64,000 nt of DNA, from positions 8,680 to 72,679 of the forward strand of contig JAGLRN010000069.1 in assembly GCA_023136265.1 (NCBI GenBank), in the 5' to 3' direction. The stretch is from Thermoplasmata archaeon. GTDB taxonomy: Archaea > Thermoplasmatota > Thermoplasmata > RBG-16-68-12 > JAGMCJ01. This document shows, one piece after another, positions 52,776 to 63,300 of the stretch. Under the pieces are notes generated by a model. The model had not been told where the DNA came from. It ran no database searches and worked only from the letters and a program-made list of their open reading frames with translations. Numbering within the stretch: position 1 is the first letter of the stretch; each line of letters opens with the position of its first letter. A program made the translations under genes and the position numbers.

Positions 52776-55700
52776 TTAGAAACTTTCCAAACTCTCTTGC
52801 TCTTCTGGCGGCTCTTCAGGCTCTTCGGCAGTCCCGCCTCTTCTCCTACTCAGAATCAACATGGCAAAGAGGACTACGATGGCGATTGCGACGATCAATG
52901 GTATGAGAATCCACAGCCAATTGAACTGCTCAACGGACTCAGTCGTGCCGAAGGCCTCATCCGAATCTGGAGATTCATTTCCCCGTTTGTCCACTGCGGT
53001 CACGACATAGTAGTATGTCTTCCCGTTCTCTAACGGGGTGTCCAGGAATGTGGTTGTGCTTACCGGATTGTCATTGACCAATGTCTTCGGTCCTCCTGAC
53101 GAGGTCATCCTGTAGATGTTGTAGCCCGCCAAATCGGTCAGAGGAGATCCGTCTGTGTTGTTGGCGGGAGCGGTCCAGTTTAGGGAGAGGGTGCCTTCCT
53201 CATCGCCGGTTGTCACAATCAAATCTGTTGGTGCTGAGGGGCTCAGGGTGTCTGGATTGATCTCAATGATGAAGACAGCCGTCATGGCGACGTTGCCTTC
53301 CGTGTCCTCAGCCCAGACGAAGTAGCTCACGGACCCAGTGGAGTCCTGAGCGGGAATCTGATAGGTGTGGTTGTCTCCCGAGAGGGTCATCGTGTGATTG
53401 TGAGATGAACCGCCAACGTCCGTGAAGTTGAGATTGACCAAACTGACCTGCAGGTTGTCGGTGACAACCGCCTCGATCTGTATCGAATCGAGTACTATCG
53501 TGCTTGTCACGGGAATGTGAGAAATCGTGGGCGGTGTAGTATCCTCCATGACGAACTCACCTGGTGTGGATGCCCAATTGCCGAAGACATCCGTTGCGGA
53601 GATCGTGAGGCTGAACGTTCCCACATCCGAATAGCTACGATTGTGGTAGTATCGCCCCGCCAAAGAGTCGTAGTACATGGAGTAGTTGCCCACTCCGGTT
53701 ACGTCAATCCAGACGCCTTCAACACCACTAACATCCTCCACAACGGCGGATACGTTCACATAGCCGTGGACTTCCTGTGGGGAAGGATTGATGCGAACGT
53801 CGGAAATCGAGGGAGGAGTGAACAGGTGTGTGACGTTGAGACATGCCTCGCTGGAGGGGATGGACTCAATCGATGAGTCCTTTGCCGTGATGACATAGCA
53901 GTAGTCGCCGTTCGGGCCCAGACTTGGGTCGACAAAGGAAGTCCGAGGTGCTACTTCATCGATAAGCTGGTAGGGGCCTCCGCTCACAGAGGACCTGTAC
54001 ACGGCGTAGCCTTGGAGGTCAATCTCCTCGTTTGCCTTCCATGTGAGGGTTATGTTGGAATCTTGATTGAGAAAAGCGCGCAGTCCAAGGGGTCTGTCCG
54101 TCACAGTGTCAAAGAGCGAATAGACTTCCATGAACGACCAGAAGTTGTTGATTCCGCCTGGCATCTGCACCCAACCCTCAAAGCGGGTTTCATTGTAGAT
54201 CTCTATCGTCTCATATCGTAGGACTGGGATCAGAGGGACCTTCTCCGAGATGATTCCCAGCGCTTTCTTCACATGGGCAGCCCTCTCGGTCACGTTCAGG
54301 GCGTCATCTGCTTCCTGAAGAGCGAGGGACAGCTCCGCGTCGGCAAAGTTCACAATCTCCGCTATCGAGGAGATTCCACTCGGGTCCAAGGAGAGATGTC
54401 CAACGCCAAGATAGATATCGTGGTCTGCGGGATCAGCAGAGGAGTCAAGAACAGCGCTTGCGTTGAGTCCAGCCCACCATAGTCCCCCGGCCAACACTTG
54501 GGCTACAGTGGCTTTCAGAAGGTCGACCGCAAGCGACGGCCCCAAAACAGAGAGGGAGAGATTCTGTCCGTCAGGCTTCTCCCGCCAACCGTCGTCATCC
54601 ACATCGAAGTAGCCCGAAGCTTCCAGATGAGCTACTGCTGGGTATATGTTAGTGGCTTGCCAGCCATCTATGAAAGTATATCCGGCATTGAACTCCCGAA
54701 GGCTCGAATTGTACCAAGGGATGTTCCTGTTAGACATCACCGAATGCGCCATCCCCGAGAAGGGCTCAATCATCTCGAGCAGTTCCTTGTTCATCAACTT
54801 CGATATCGACAGCCTGAGATTGAGATCGTCGAGTGAGTTGCTCGCCTTGGGATTGAGACCGAAGTAGAGGTAATCCAGTCCCGGTGTAATCCTGACTGCT
54901 GCCTCCTCCAAAAGAAGAAGCATTCTTCCACCGATCCTGGGATCCGTGAGGTCTTGGGGTTCGAGTTCCCAGCCGATGAAGTCGATTGTTCCGTTTATGA
55001 ACGCATTCGCAGCCTCGTTGATGCCTGAGACACGGATGAAGTCGACACCTCCGACCATAGGACCTTCGGTGAAGTAATCTCGATATACCTCGACTAGGGT
55101 GTGAGCTGGGCTGTAGGAAATGAGTTCGAATGGACCGCATCCCTCAACGGGATTGATGTCACCGCTCTTCACCAACGGCATCAGGAGGCCAGTGGTCATG
55201 AACCTCCCTCCGCCACCCGCAGAGAAGTCGAAGTATACCGACGTCGGGGAAATCACCGTGACATCGTATCCTCCGTAGAACTCCTCGAATGTGTATCTGA
55301 CATCGTCTGCAGTGACCGGAGAACCATCGTGCCACTTGGCCTCCGGTCTGAGTGCGACGGTTATGAGACCTGACACATCGTCTGCTGACCAACTGCTGGC
55401 CACCCACGGAACGATCTCAAGAGTGTTCTGATCTCTCCTTCCGAGTGAGTCGTAGAGAAGGTCGATGATTCTCTTGCTTGTAGGATTCGAGGCCAACCGT
55501 GGGTCGGGTTCAACGTCCTCCATCACCGCGACCTTCATGACTTCTGGCGATTCTTCCAAAGGTATCTCTTCACCAGGGGGCGGTGGGTCGACGTACAGAA
55601 CAAGATGCGGTGCTTGTGAATCAAGGGGATGTGTAATGGCGTTGACGCCATCTGAACCCTGGATGTAGTAATTCACTGAGGATTGGGAAATCGCGCTGCC

Positions 55701-57317
55701 TGGAATCATTCCTTCATAGACATGGCCGCCCAAGTTCACCATGGCTGTCGAGTTGTAGATGGTTGCCGACGCATTCTTGTAGAAGAGATTCACACTCGAT
55801 ATCGCTTGGTCATCTGAAACCAGGACAGTCACAGTGATGTTCTCACCAGTGTGAGCCTCCACTGGCTTGTGAGTGATTTTCGGGAACCCGAAGGGTTGGA
55901 TTTCGATTTCAAAGGGGTTCGAAGCTGGGACAGTCCCAGGAAGAGTTGCGACGTTACCAGAGCTGTCCTTTGCGCTCAGATAGTATTGAATGCTCAAGGG
56001 GAACTGCTGCGGTGGTATTGTGGCCACGTAGTTGTTCGATCGGTCGACCTGATTCATAAGCAACGCCAGATAGGAAGGGTCTCCAGGTCGCCGATACAAC
56101 AAGGAGATGTTGCCCAGAGTGAAGTTCTCGTGGACACGCGCAGTTATCGGGATGGCATATCCTTCGCTGCTCATAGTCTCAGGCGTGTGGTATATCACGG
56201 GAGGGGTCTCGTCGGCAGTCACGAAGGACCACTGTCTCTGGGCTATGTTGCCAGCGTAGTCTCCGACCTCCAGAGTGACCTGATGAAGCCCGAATGGGAT
56301 GTCATAAAGAGGTGTGAAAATTACACGTCCCGAATAGTATCCATACTCGCCATCAGGGTCCTGGCTGAAATGCAGATGCACTTCGGTCATGTAGGTGACG
56401 TTCACGCCGTCGAGAAAGAGCTTGACAGTATCGCGGGAGAGTTCCCCGTCCGAGTCGCTGAAGAAGGCGTATATGAGCGGCCTGAGGTCCTCTACAGGCG
56501 GTGGGGATTCTGGGGACACCTCATCGATCTCTGGCGCCGACCTATCGAGTTTGAGCGACACTCGAACATAGGTCACGTGCGGACTGGACGCATACCCCAG
56601 ATAGAGACCAGCATAATACCAGTTGTCCATTGTTGCGCCTGAAAAATCCCACTCGAGGTCGAAACTGGCAACCTGGAAGGACGGAACTGTTCCGGTCGGG
56701 ATGTTGGTGGCTCTGAGCCAACCGGTTCCGCTCTCTGCCACCGCGACCGTTAAATCGAAGTAGCCAGGATTTCCAGAAACCTCAAAGCCAGCGACTTTGA
56801 TGATGTAGGTCCCATTCTCGGGCTCAATGAGTTCGATTGACTCCGAGCTTGATGCCGTGGCAGAATATTCTATGAATTCACCGGCCTGGGCTATGCCGTC
56901 CAAGGGATTCCCATCCTTTCCATCCAGGAACAAGCCAAGATCTATGTCGGCCACACCAGCGCCGCCGACTGTTGAGACCCTCAGCTCCGGTGATGACGAA
57001 ATCGTCACCGTCCTATTGTAGGTCACGTTTGCTAGATAGTCTACGAAGGTCCCTCCGGGGTAGGGGTCATTATAGATTTCCTCATCGGGATAGTACGTCT
57101 CGTTGAGGAAGTACGTCTCCACAGTCATGTCGATGAAGGATTCGTTGCTCCATACACCGACGGCGATGGATCCGCTGAGGTCATTTGTGAATATCGTCAC
57201 GGGTCCCCCGCTCAGCTGGAAGTCTGCGGGGCTGCCACTCACTGGGGAGACAATCAGCGTCGATGTGAAGAAGCACAACGCTAGAACGCCCGCCCACACT
57301 CTTCTCAGGATTGCCAA
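52776..57317 (-). CDS. Multidomain membrane-anchored protein with a family 5 (peptide/nickel) solute-binding domain, PPC-like, Ig-like and FN3 domains
   Basis: LYDSL..PWVASSW..KWHDGSPVTADDVRYT, GCGPF and DVDDDGWRE.PDG; FN3 GYNIYR..YYYVVTAVD; TM and acidic tail; probable TTG start at 57317. Confidence 0.8.
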   Translation of the reverse strand: MAILRRVWAGVLALCFFTSTLIVSPVSGSPADFQLSGGPVTIFTNDLSGSIAVGVWSNESFIDMTVETYFLNETYYPDEEIYNDPYPGGTFVDYLANVTYNRTVTISSSPELRVSTVGGAGVADIDLGLFLDGKDGNPLDGIAQAGEFIEYSATASSSESIELIEPENGTYIIKVAGFEVSGNPGYFDLTVAVAESGTGWLRATNIPTGTVPSFQVASFDLEWDFSGATMDNWYYAGLYLGYASSPHVTYVRVSLKLDRSAPEIDEVSPESPPPVEDLRPLIYAFFSDSDGELSRDTVKLFLDGVNVTYMTEVHLHFSQDPDGEYGYYSGRVIFTPLYDIPFGLHQVTLEVGDYAGNIAQRQWSFVTADETPPVIYHTPETMSSEGYAIPITARVHENFTLGNISLLYRRPGDPSYLALLMNQVDRSNNYVATIPPQQFPLSIQYYLSAKDSSGNVATLPGTVPASNPFEIEIQPFGFPKITHKPVEAHTGENITVTVLVSDDQAISSVNLFYKNASATIYNSTAMVNLGGHVYEGMIPGSAISQSSVNYYIQGSDGVNAITHPLDSQAPHLVLYVDPPPPGEEIPLEESPEVMKVAVMEDVEPDPRLASNPTSKRIIDLLYDSLGRRDQNTLEIVPWVASSWSADDVSGLITVALRPEAKWHDGSPVTADDVRYTFEEFYGGYDVTVISPTSVYFDFSAGGGGRFMTTGLLMPLVKSGDINPVEGCGPFELISYSPAHTLVEVYRDYFTEGPMVGGVDFIRVSGINEAANAFINGTIDFIGWELEPQDLTDPRIGGRMLLLLEEAAVRITPGLDYLYFGLNPKASNSLDDLNLRLSISKLMNKELLEMIEPFSGMAHSVMSNRNIPWYNSSLREFNAGYTFIDGWQATNIYPAVAHLEASGYFDVDDDGWREKPDGQNLSLSVLGPSLAVDLLKATVAQVLAGGLWWAGLNASAVLDSSADPADHDIYLGVGHLSLDPSGISSIAEIVNFADAELSLALQEADDALNVTERAAHVKKALGIISEKVPLIPVLRYETIEIYNETRFEGWVQMPGGINNFWSFMEVYSLFDTVTDRPLGLRAFLNQDSNITLTWKANEEIDLQGYAVYRSSVSGGPYQLIDEVAPRTSFVDPSLGPNGDYCYVITAKDSSIESIPSSEACLNVTHLFTPPSISDVRINPSPQEVHGYVNVSAVVEDVSGVEGVWIDVTGVGNYSMYYDSLAGRYYHNRSYSDVGTFSLTISATDVFGNWASTPGEFVMEDTTPPTISHIPVTSTIVLDSIQIEAVVTDNLQVSLVNLNFTDVGGSSHNHTMTLSGDNHTYQIPAQDSTGSVSYFVWAEDTEGNVAMTAVFIIEINPDTLSPSAPTDLIVTTGDEEGTLSLNWTAPANNTDGSPLTDLAGYNIYRMTSSGGPKTLVNDNPVSTTTFLDTPLENGKTYYYVVTAVDKRGNESPDSDEAFGTTESVEQFNWLWILIPLIVAIAIVVLFAMLILSRRRGGTAEEPEEPPEEQESLESF

Positions 57318-57453
57318 ATCCTCCACTCCAGATAGGTTCAACACTACAGCTGGTATTATTACTTTCGGCTCACATGAACTCGATGTTTGGAGGCTAGCTT
57401 TTCCAAGATGAAGTATGTGAATGCTCAATGAATCCTTATATATTACCAATCAG

Positions 57454-59793
57454 ATGAGAAACGAGGGAGAGGGTCGCTTGTCTGGAGGAGGAAGTGCAGG
57501 GGCCGATTCTTGTGCCAGAAGGAGTGCGGTTATGTCCGCTTTGATTCTCCTCATACTCATCCTGGCTTCGCAGTCTCCACAGCTGTCCTCGTCCTCAAGG
57601 GATCCCCGTCCGAATTGGGATGGCCCCATCAACGACGTCAACAACGCCCAATACGTCAACTTCACGAACCCCTCGTGGAACTGGACCGCGTGGTTCCACA
57701 ACGTCTCGTTCCCGCAGGGCTCGTGGGAAAAGATTGAGCTCACGTTGACGCTAATCAACCACGGCGACCCGTGGGACAGAGCCAACATCGTTGGGGTCAA
57801 CTCTGTCATCCTCCTGGAGATGACGACCAAGGAGAACGGCACGGTCCTCATCAATCCCGTCCAGACGTTCACGAAGGACGTTACGATATACGCGAACCTG
57901 TTCAACGAATCGGCATCGGTCTACTGGTCTGGAATGCCCAACTTCGACGGTGGCTGGAACTGCAGCCTCAGCTTCGCCTTCTATCCAGGAACGCCTCCGT
58001 TCGTCCTGCCAGAGATCGTGCCTGCCATATTCCATCGGCACTTGAGCGCGTCGAACACGACGAGCGTCAACGTTACGTTCCCGCCAGGCATAACGTCCGC
58101 CAAGGCTGTCCTCATCGAGAGGGGGGGCTCCGCCGAGGAGTTCTGGTTCGCGAACGTGCCGCCCACGGTGAGGGACTTCACGCTCGACGTGAACGGGACG
58201 AGGGTCTTCGACATCACGGGCTATCCGTTCTTGAACTCGGGTGCCTGCCTGAACCCGCCAAACTGCTGGACGCTCTACGAATGGAACGGCACTCCCCCGC
58301 CCGGGACGGGTCTGAGACCGCAGTTCGAGATCGACATCTCGCCCTACGTGTCACTGCTCAATGGAACCCAGCCCATCACGTTCAGCGTCGGGAACGGGGG
58401 GAACTACTGGAAGATCAGCCTCTCGTTCTTCATCTGGAGGAATCCCCGCCTGACGGCCTACATCCTGGACGCCTCCTCGTTCTACAGGAGCGCCACGAGC
58501 TCCGTGCAGTACCTCGAATCGAGCTCGACAGCCCATAGACCAGTGGCCAACGGGGTGGAGACCGTCGAGGTCGCTTACAAGGCATGGCTCAACGGCAGCT
58601 TCCCTGACGTTACCGCGCACTCCATCGCGACCGTCTCGCGGACGATCACTTCCTCGACCGTGACAGTCCACTTGGACGAGAAGGAGGAGATCTTCCACAA
58701 CGTCACGAGGGACGGGTCCGGCGCGGGCGATGTAACATACATCATCAGGCACTCCAACACGACGACCTCCTTGGGGAACGGGCAGGACTACGTCAGAATA
58801 GACAACCACTCTTCGTTCAACTTCATCGACGGCGACAACGGTGGGCGGGCCTCCGTTCAAACGCGGCTGTGGAGCGACTACAGCTATGGAGACTACACGA
58901 ATCTGGGGATCTCGTGGGAGCGCACGTCGCTGCTATGGCATAACCGTACGTCCTCGTTCGGCACGGGAGTTGACGAGCCGCAGTACCTGTATGAGGATTT
59001 GAGGGGGGCGGCGCATCCTTTCCCCGCCATACTCTTCGTCGAGCCCGCCCGCGACAGCGAGGTGGGCGACACGATGACCGTCTTCGACTTCGTCTTCGCG
59101 GATGACAACATTGTGAATGCTTCCCTCTCAATTGGTAATGCCACGTATGACATCTCTGGTGCACAGAGCTTCACGTGGAACTCCACGGCCGCGTACGGAC
59201 CCTATTTCACAGCGAACGCGAGCGCGACGAATGTCATCAACGTCACGAGTCACAACGAGCTCCCGCTCAGGGGAACGAAGTGGCGCTTCGCGATGAACTT
59301 CACGGTGGCGGACCTGGGATGGCACTTCATCTCGGTCCCGATCCCGCTGACCGACGACTCGGTCGAGAACGTCCTCTCCTCGATAGACGGCAAGTACAAC
59401 GCCCTGCGCTACTACGATGCATCGGACCCGGGCGACAGATGGAAGACCTATCACACCTTCAAGCCCTATCGGGACCTGTTGTCAATCGACTCACGAACGG
59501 GCTTCTGGATAAACATAACGGCACCCGCCAATCTCGATATCATCGGCCCACTCCCGAACGTCACGTCGATCCTCCTGCGCAAGGGTTGGAACATGGTGGG
59601 CTTTCCGTCTCTTGCTGATGGCTACACTGTCTCAGACCTGATGGCGGACACGGGCGCGATGAGTGTGGAGGGATACGCGGATGCACCGCCGTACCATTTG
59701 GCGGAGCTTCCGGGCAGCCATGTCATGAGACAGGGAGAGGGGTACTGGATCCAGCTTCCAGCGAACGCGGACTGGTTTGTCCCATCCGTCTAG
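57454..59793 (+). CDS. Secreted peptide-N4-asparagine amidase A (PNGase A)-like protein with the shared C-terminal domain
   Basis: Signal-like helix; DPWDR, EEFW, YPFLNSG, IDISPY and YWKIS resemble PNGase A motifs; ends in the GW..SVP/KGWNMVGFPS domain. Confidence 0.68.
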   Translation: MRNEGEGRLSGGGSAGADSCARRSAVMSALILLILILASQSPQLSSSSRDPRPNWDGPINDVNNAQYVNFTNPSWNWTAWFHNVSFPQGSWEKIELTLTLINHGDPWDRANIVGVNSVILLEMTTKENGTVLINPVQTFTKDVTIYANLFNESASVYWSGMPNFDGGWNCSLSFAFYPGTPPFVLPEIVPAIFHRHLSASNTTSVNVTFPPGITSAKAVLIERGGSAEEFWFANVPPTVRDFTLDVNGTRVFDITGYPFLNSGACLNPPNCWTLYEWNGTPPPGTGLRPQFEIDISPYVSLLNGTQPITFSVGNGGNYWKISLSFFIWRNPRLTAYILDASSFYRSATSSVQYLESSSTAHRPVANGVETVEVAYKAWLNGSFPDVTAHSIATVSRTITSSTVTVHLDEKEEIFHNVTRDGSGAGDVTYIIRHSNTTTSLGNGQDYVRIDNHSSFNFIDGDNGGRASVQTRLWSDYSYGDYTNLGISWERTSLLWHNRTSSFGTGVDEPQYLYEDLRGAAHPFPAILFVEPARDSEVGDTMTVFDFVFADDNIVNASLSIGNATYDISGAQSFTWNSTAAYGPYFTANASATNVINVTSHNELPLRGTKWRFAMNFTVADLGWHFISVPIPLTDDSVENVLSSIDGKYNALRYYDASDPGDRWKTYHTFKPYRDLLSIDSRTGFWINITAPANLDIIGPLPNVTSILLRKGWNMVGFPSLADGYTVSDLMADTGAMSVEGYADAPPYHLAELPGSHVMRQGEGYWIQLPANADWFVPSV

Positions 59794-59815
59794 CGTCTCA
59801 CTGCCCCTTCGCCGA

Positions 59816-60130
59816 TCAGAACATGTCCTTCAGCATCGTCTTCGAGTCCGTCACCTGCTTCTCTTCCACGGCGGCGCTGAGAAGGTACCTGTCCTTGACG
59901 AAACTGGTGGTCGGTCCGGAGATCACGTACTCGTACAGCCTCGCGGAGGGGTACACTGTCACCTTGTCATCCTCGAACACCGCCATCGTCTCGTGCGAAG
60001 AGAAGAGGTACACGTTCTCGTGCGTAATGAAATCCAGGTCATCGACCTTCCCGCCCTCCTTGTGCTTGTAGAACGTAACCCTGTCGACCCTAGCCCGCTC
60101 CATGAACTCTTCCTCGGTTATCTTAGCCAT
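59816..60130 (-). CDS. Hypothetical protein (104 aa)
   Basis: Clean ORF with host-like codon usage and an AGGTGGA SD-like site; no recognised motif. Confidence 0.65.
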   Translation of the reverse strand: MAKITEEEFMERARVDRVTFYKHKEGGKVDDLDFITHENVYLFSSHETMAVFEDDKVTVYPSARLYEYVISGPTTSFVKDRYLLSAAVEEKQVTDSKTMLKDMF

Positions 60131-60348
60131 CGGTTTTCCACCTTGCTCCCCAACGTCTCAAGCGGTAGATAATCCATTCGTTTATGGTGGTTTCTGCGGG
60201 TGCCGCTTCCCCGCTCTGCCCACCTCGGACGTCCTGTGGTCTGCCCATCCACCCAGCCAAAGGGTCCCGTCCATAACTATAAATGTCCGCGACAATTTGT
60301 GGCATTCAGCATCTGGCGGGGTCTTTCACCTGCGCTGGGGGGTCGAAG

Positions 60349-63300
60349 ATGGAGCATAGTCGATGTTTGTCCGATGTGGGCATTGTTGTGATGATTGTAA
60401 CCGTACTTGTTGTCTCTCTCTGTGGGACGATTTCAACCGTGACCGAGAGGGATGAATTGCTGGGGACCGACGTAACCACAAGTGTTCGTTCGGACCAGGT
60501 CGGAGATACACTTCCCTTTGATGTCATTCAAGAGATCTCCGCGCAGATAACAGTACCTGCTGGAAGGGAGTACTACGTCGTCTACGACAGCGCGAGTCAG
60601 ACCCTGACGGAGATCCCGATAGCCAGCCCCACGTTTGGGTTCCCGCAGAGCGCCTTGGACGCGATCGACAGAAGCCCGAACTGGATCAAGGACAACCTCA
60701 CCCGCAAGTTCGAGCAAATGGCGGATGAGCCCATACAGGTACAAGGCTTCGCGGCGCCCGCCTTCGCGGACCTCGATGCCGATGGCGATCTGGACCTCGT
60801 CGTCGGGACGGAGAACGACGGGCTCAAGTACTTCGAGAATGTCGAAGAAGGACTGCATTACTACGAGGCCTATGACGTCTATGTCGGAGGCGTTCTTGTC
60901 TCAAACGACTCGATGTTTGGAGCCCTTGCCCTGACAAGGGCGGACCCGGCAGTTACGGACCTGGACGGCGACAACGACCTTGACATCCTCATCGGCGTCA
61001 GCAACGGCGTCTGGTTCCTTACGAACCTCGGCACCCCGCAGGCGCCTTCCTGGAGTAGCATCCAGTCGACGAGCATACCTCTCCAGTACAGCTCGATTGA
61101 TGTGGGGGACGTGGATGCGGACGGGGACCCCGACCTCGTCATCGGCGATCAGGAAGGGAAGCTGTACCTCTCAGAGAACCTCGCGTCTAACCCGCAATAC
61201 ATCTCTGACGGCAACCCCGCAACCGTGACCACTTCGGCCTTCGCGACGATCGTGAATCTCGCTCTTGACGTGGGTGACTACGCGAGCCCCGCACTTGCTG
61301 ACGTGGACGCTGACGGGGACCTGGACATGGTGTCAGGCAACCTGGCCGGAGAGCTGAGCTTCCACGAGAACATCTGGGACCCCACGAGCCCCAACTGGGC
61401 GCCCAACGACCCGACCGTGTTCGAGAACCTCGACATCGGGGACAACAGCGTGCCCACGTTCGCGGACGTGGACCTTGACATGCTTCCAGAGATTGTGATA
61501 GGGGACGAGGACGGGAAGGTCCACTACCTGCCAAATGTGGGGACCGCGTCGAATCCGTTGTTCCTCGTTTGGGACAACGTTCCCACGACGTTCTACCAAT
61601 GGTCCAATCGCGACTACTACTACATCGATGACTCGGATGTCCTTCTCAAGGAAAGGACGATTCCCGCCAGAATGATAGACTACGCCAACCTGATAAACTC
61701 CGTCCCGGACCACATGGTCGATGAGCTTGCCTTCTCGATCGCCAACACCGCAACGGCATCACTGATGCACAGCTCTACTTATCCCGACGCGTACAGGAAC
61801 AACACGGAGGCCCTCTACTACAACGACATGTTCATCGACTACGCGGACATCCTCGACCTCGTTGACGCTGCCACCGGGGACCGCTACTCCACATTGAGAT
61901 ACTGGGTCAATGAGAGCGGAACTAGAGTGGCGTACATCGTTCCCAGGGATGTCTACTACTGGAACCTCGCCCATCCGAGGGTCTCCTACGAGTTGCCGAC
62001 GTTCATCAACCCGAACGTGGTGACCAATCTCCACGGAGGCGCTGCCGCTCCTCCCGCGGGGAAATTCTGGCGGTGGTATCTCTTCAACGAGAACGATACT
62101 GTCTGGCCTGCGGATCCTGGGAGCGTCAAGTACCCGAAGGACGAAGGCCCTCCTTTGCTGAAAGAGAAACTGGCGGGAGTGACGACCGCGTGGAACGTGA
62201 CCAATCACATCTCGCCGGCCGGCTACGGCAACGACGGTCACAACAACTCGAGGCCTTGGAACTACAGCGACCACGCGGTCGAGAAGGTCAGCCACTGGGT
62301 CAGCCTCACGCTTGCTCTGAACGTTGCCGAGCACAACGACGGGAACAGGCCGAGGCAGCCCGTCAGGATAGCTCACGAGCACAACGGCAACTGCGGAGAG
62401 CTATCCGATCTGACCGCGGCGGCCTTCAGGGCGGCCCTTATCCCAGCATATGGGGTGATGAGCATGGCGGAGGATCACTGCTGGAACGAGTTCTGGCATA
62501 ACGGTTGGCATCACCATGACAACTACTGGAGCAACTCCGCATCGATCATCGGGAACAACGACTTCAAGCACTACACGCCTGGATGGAACAGGGACTGGAC
62601 TGCGATATATGGTTGGAAAGGAGACACTAGGGTGACGAACCACATCAACACGTACCATCACGAGGAGGATCACAACGGCGATGGATTCCAGGACAGGGGT
62701 AACGTCAGCGTCAAGGTTGTTGATTCGGCAGGCAATCCTATTGATGGAGCCAAGGTTTCGATTGCAGGGTGGAGCTTCGGCCCACCCTATACTAACATTG
62801 GCGACTTCTCCACATACACGGGCCCGGATGGCGTGGCGTTCTTCACCACCAGCGAGGCCCGCCAGAACGACACCTTCGATGACGGCATCCAGATAGACGT
62901 CAGCAGCAAGTTCGGGGGCGGCTCGCTGAACCAGGGCTACGCCAACAGGTTCAAGATATGCATCGACCCGCCAAATCTCCCTCTGTACAGCTATCAGTAT
63001 CAGGTGAGCGACACCGTGCCCCGGCCTTGGCTGGAGGCGAACGTGGTTGCGCCGCCGCAGGGGGAGGGGTATTGGCTGGATGTGGACTTTGATGTGCAGT
63101 TCGGTATCCAGCACCCGCTCGCGGATGCGACGTCCCACGCCGATGACCAGGTCAATGGTGACAGGGTCGCCCATCCCGAGTACTTCTGGGACAACATCAC
63201 ACTGGATACATTCATCGCGGACGAGCAGAACTTCCAGAAATATGTCAGAGGGGAGGCATTCGATTCCACCAATCTCTCGTTGAATGTCTCTTCCGGCAGC

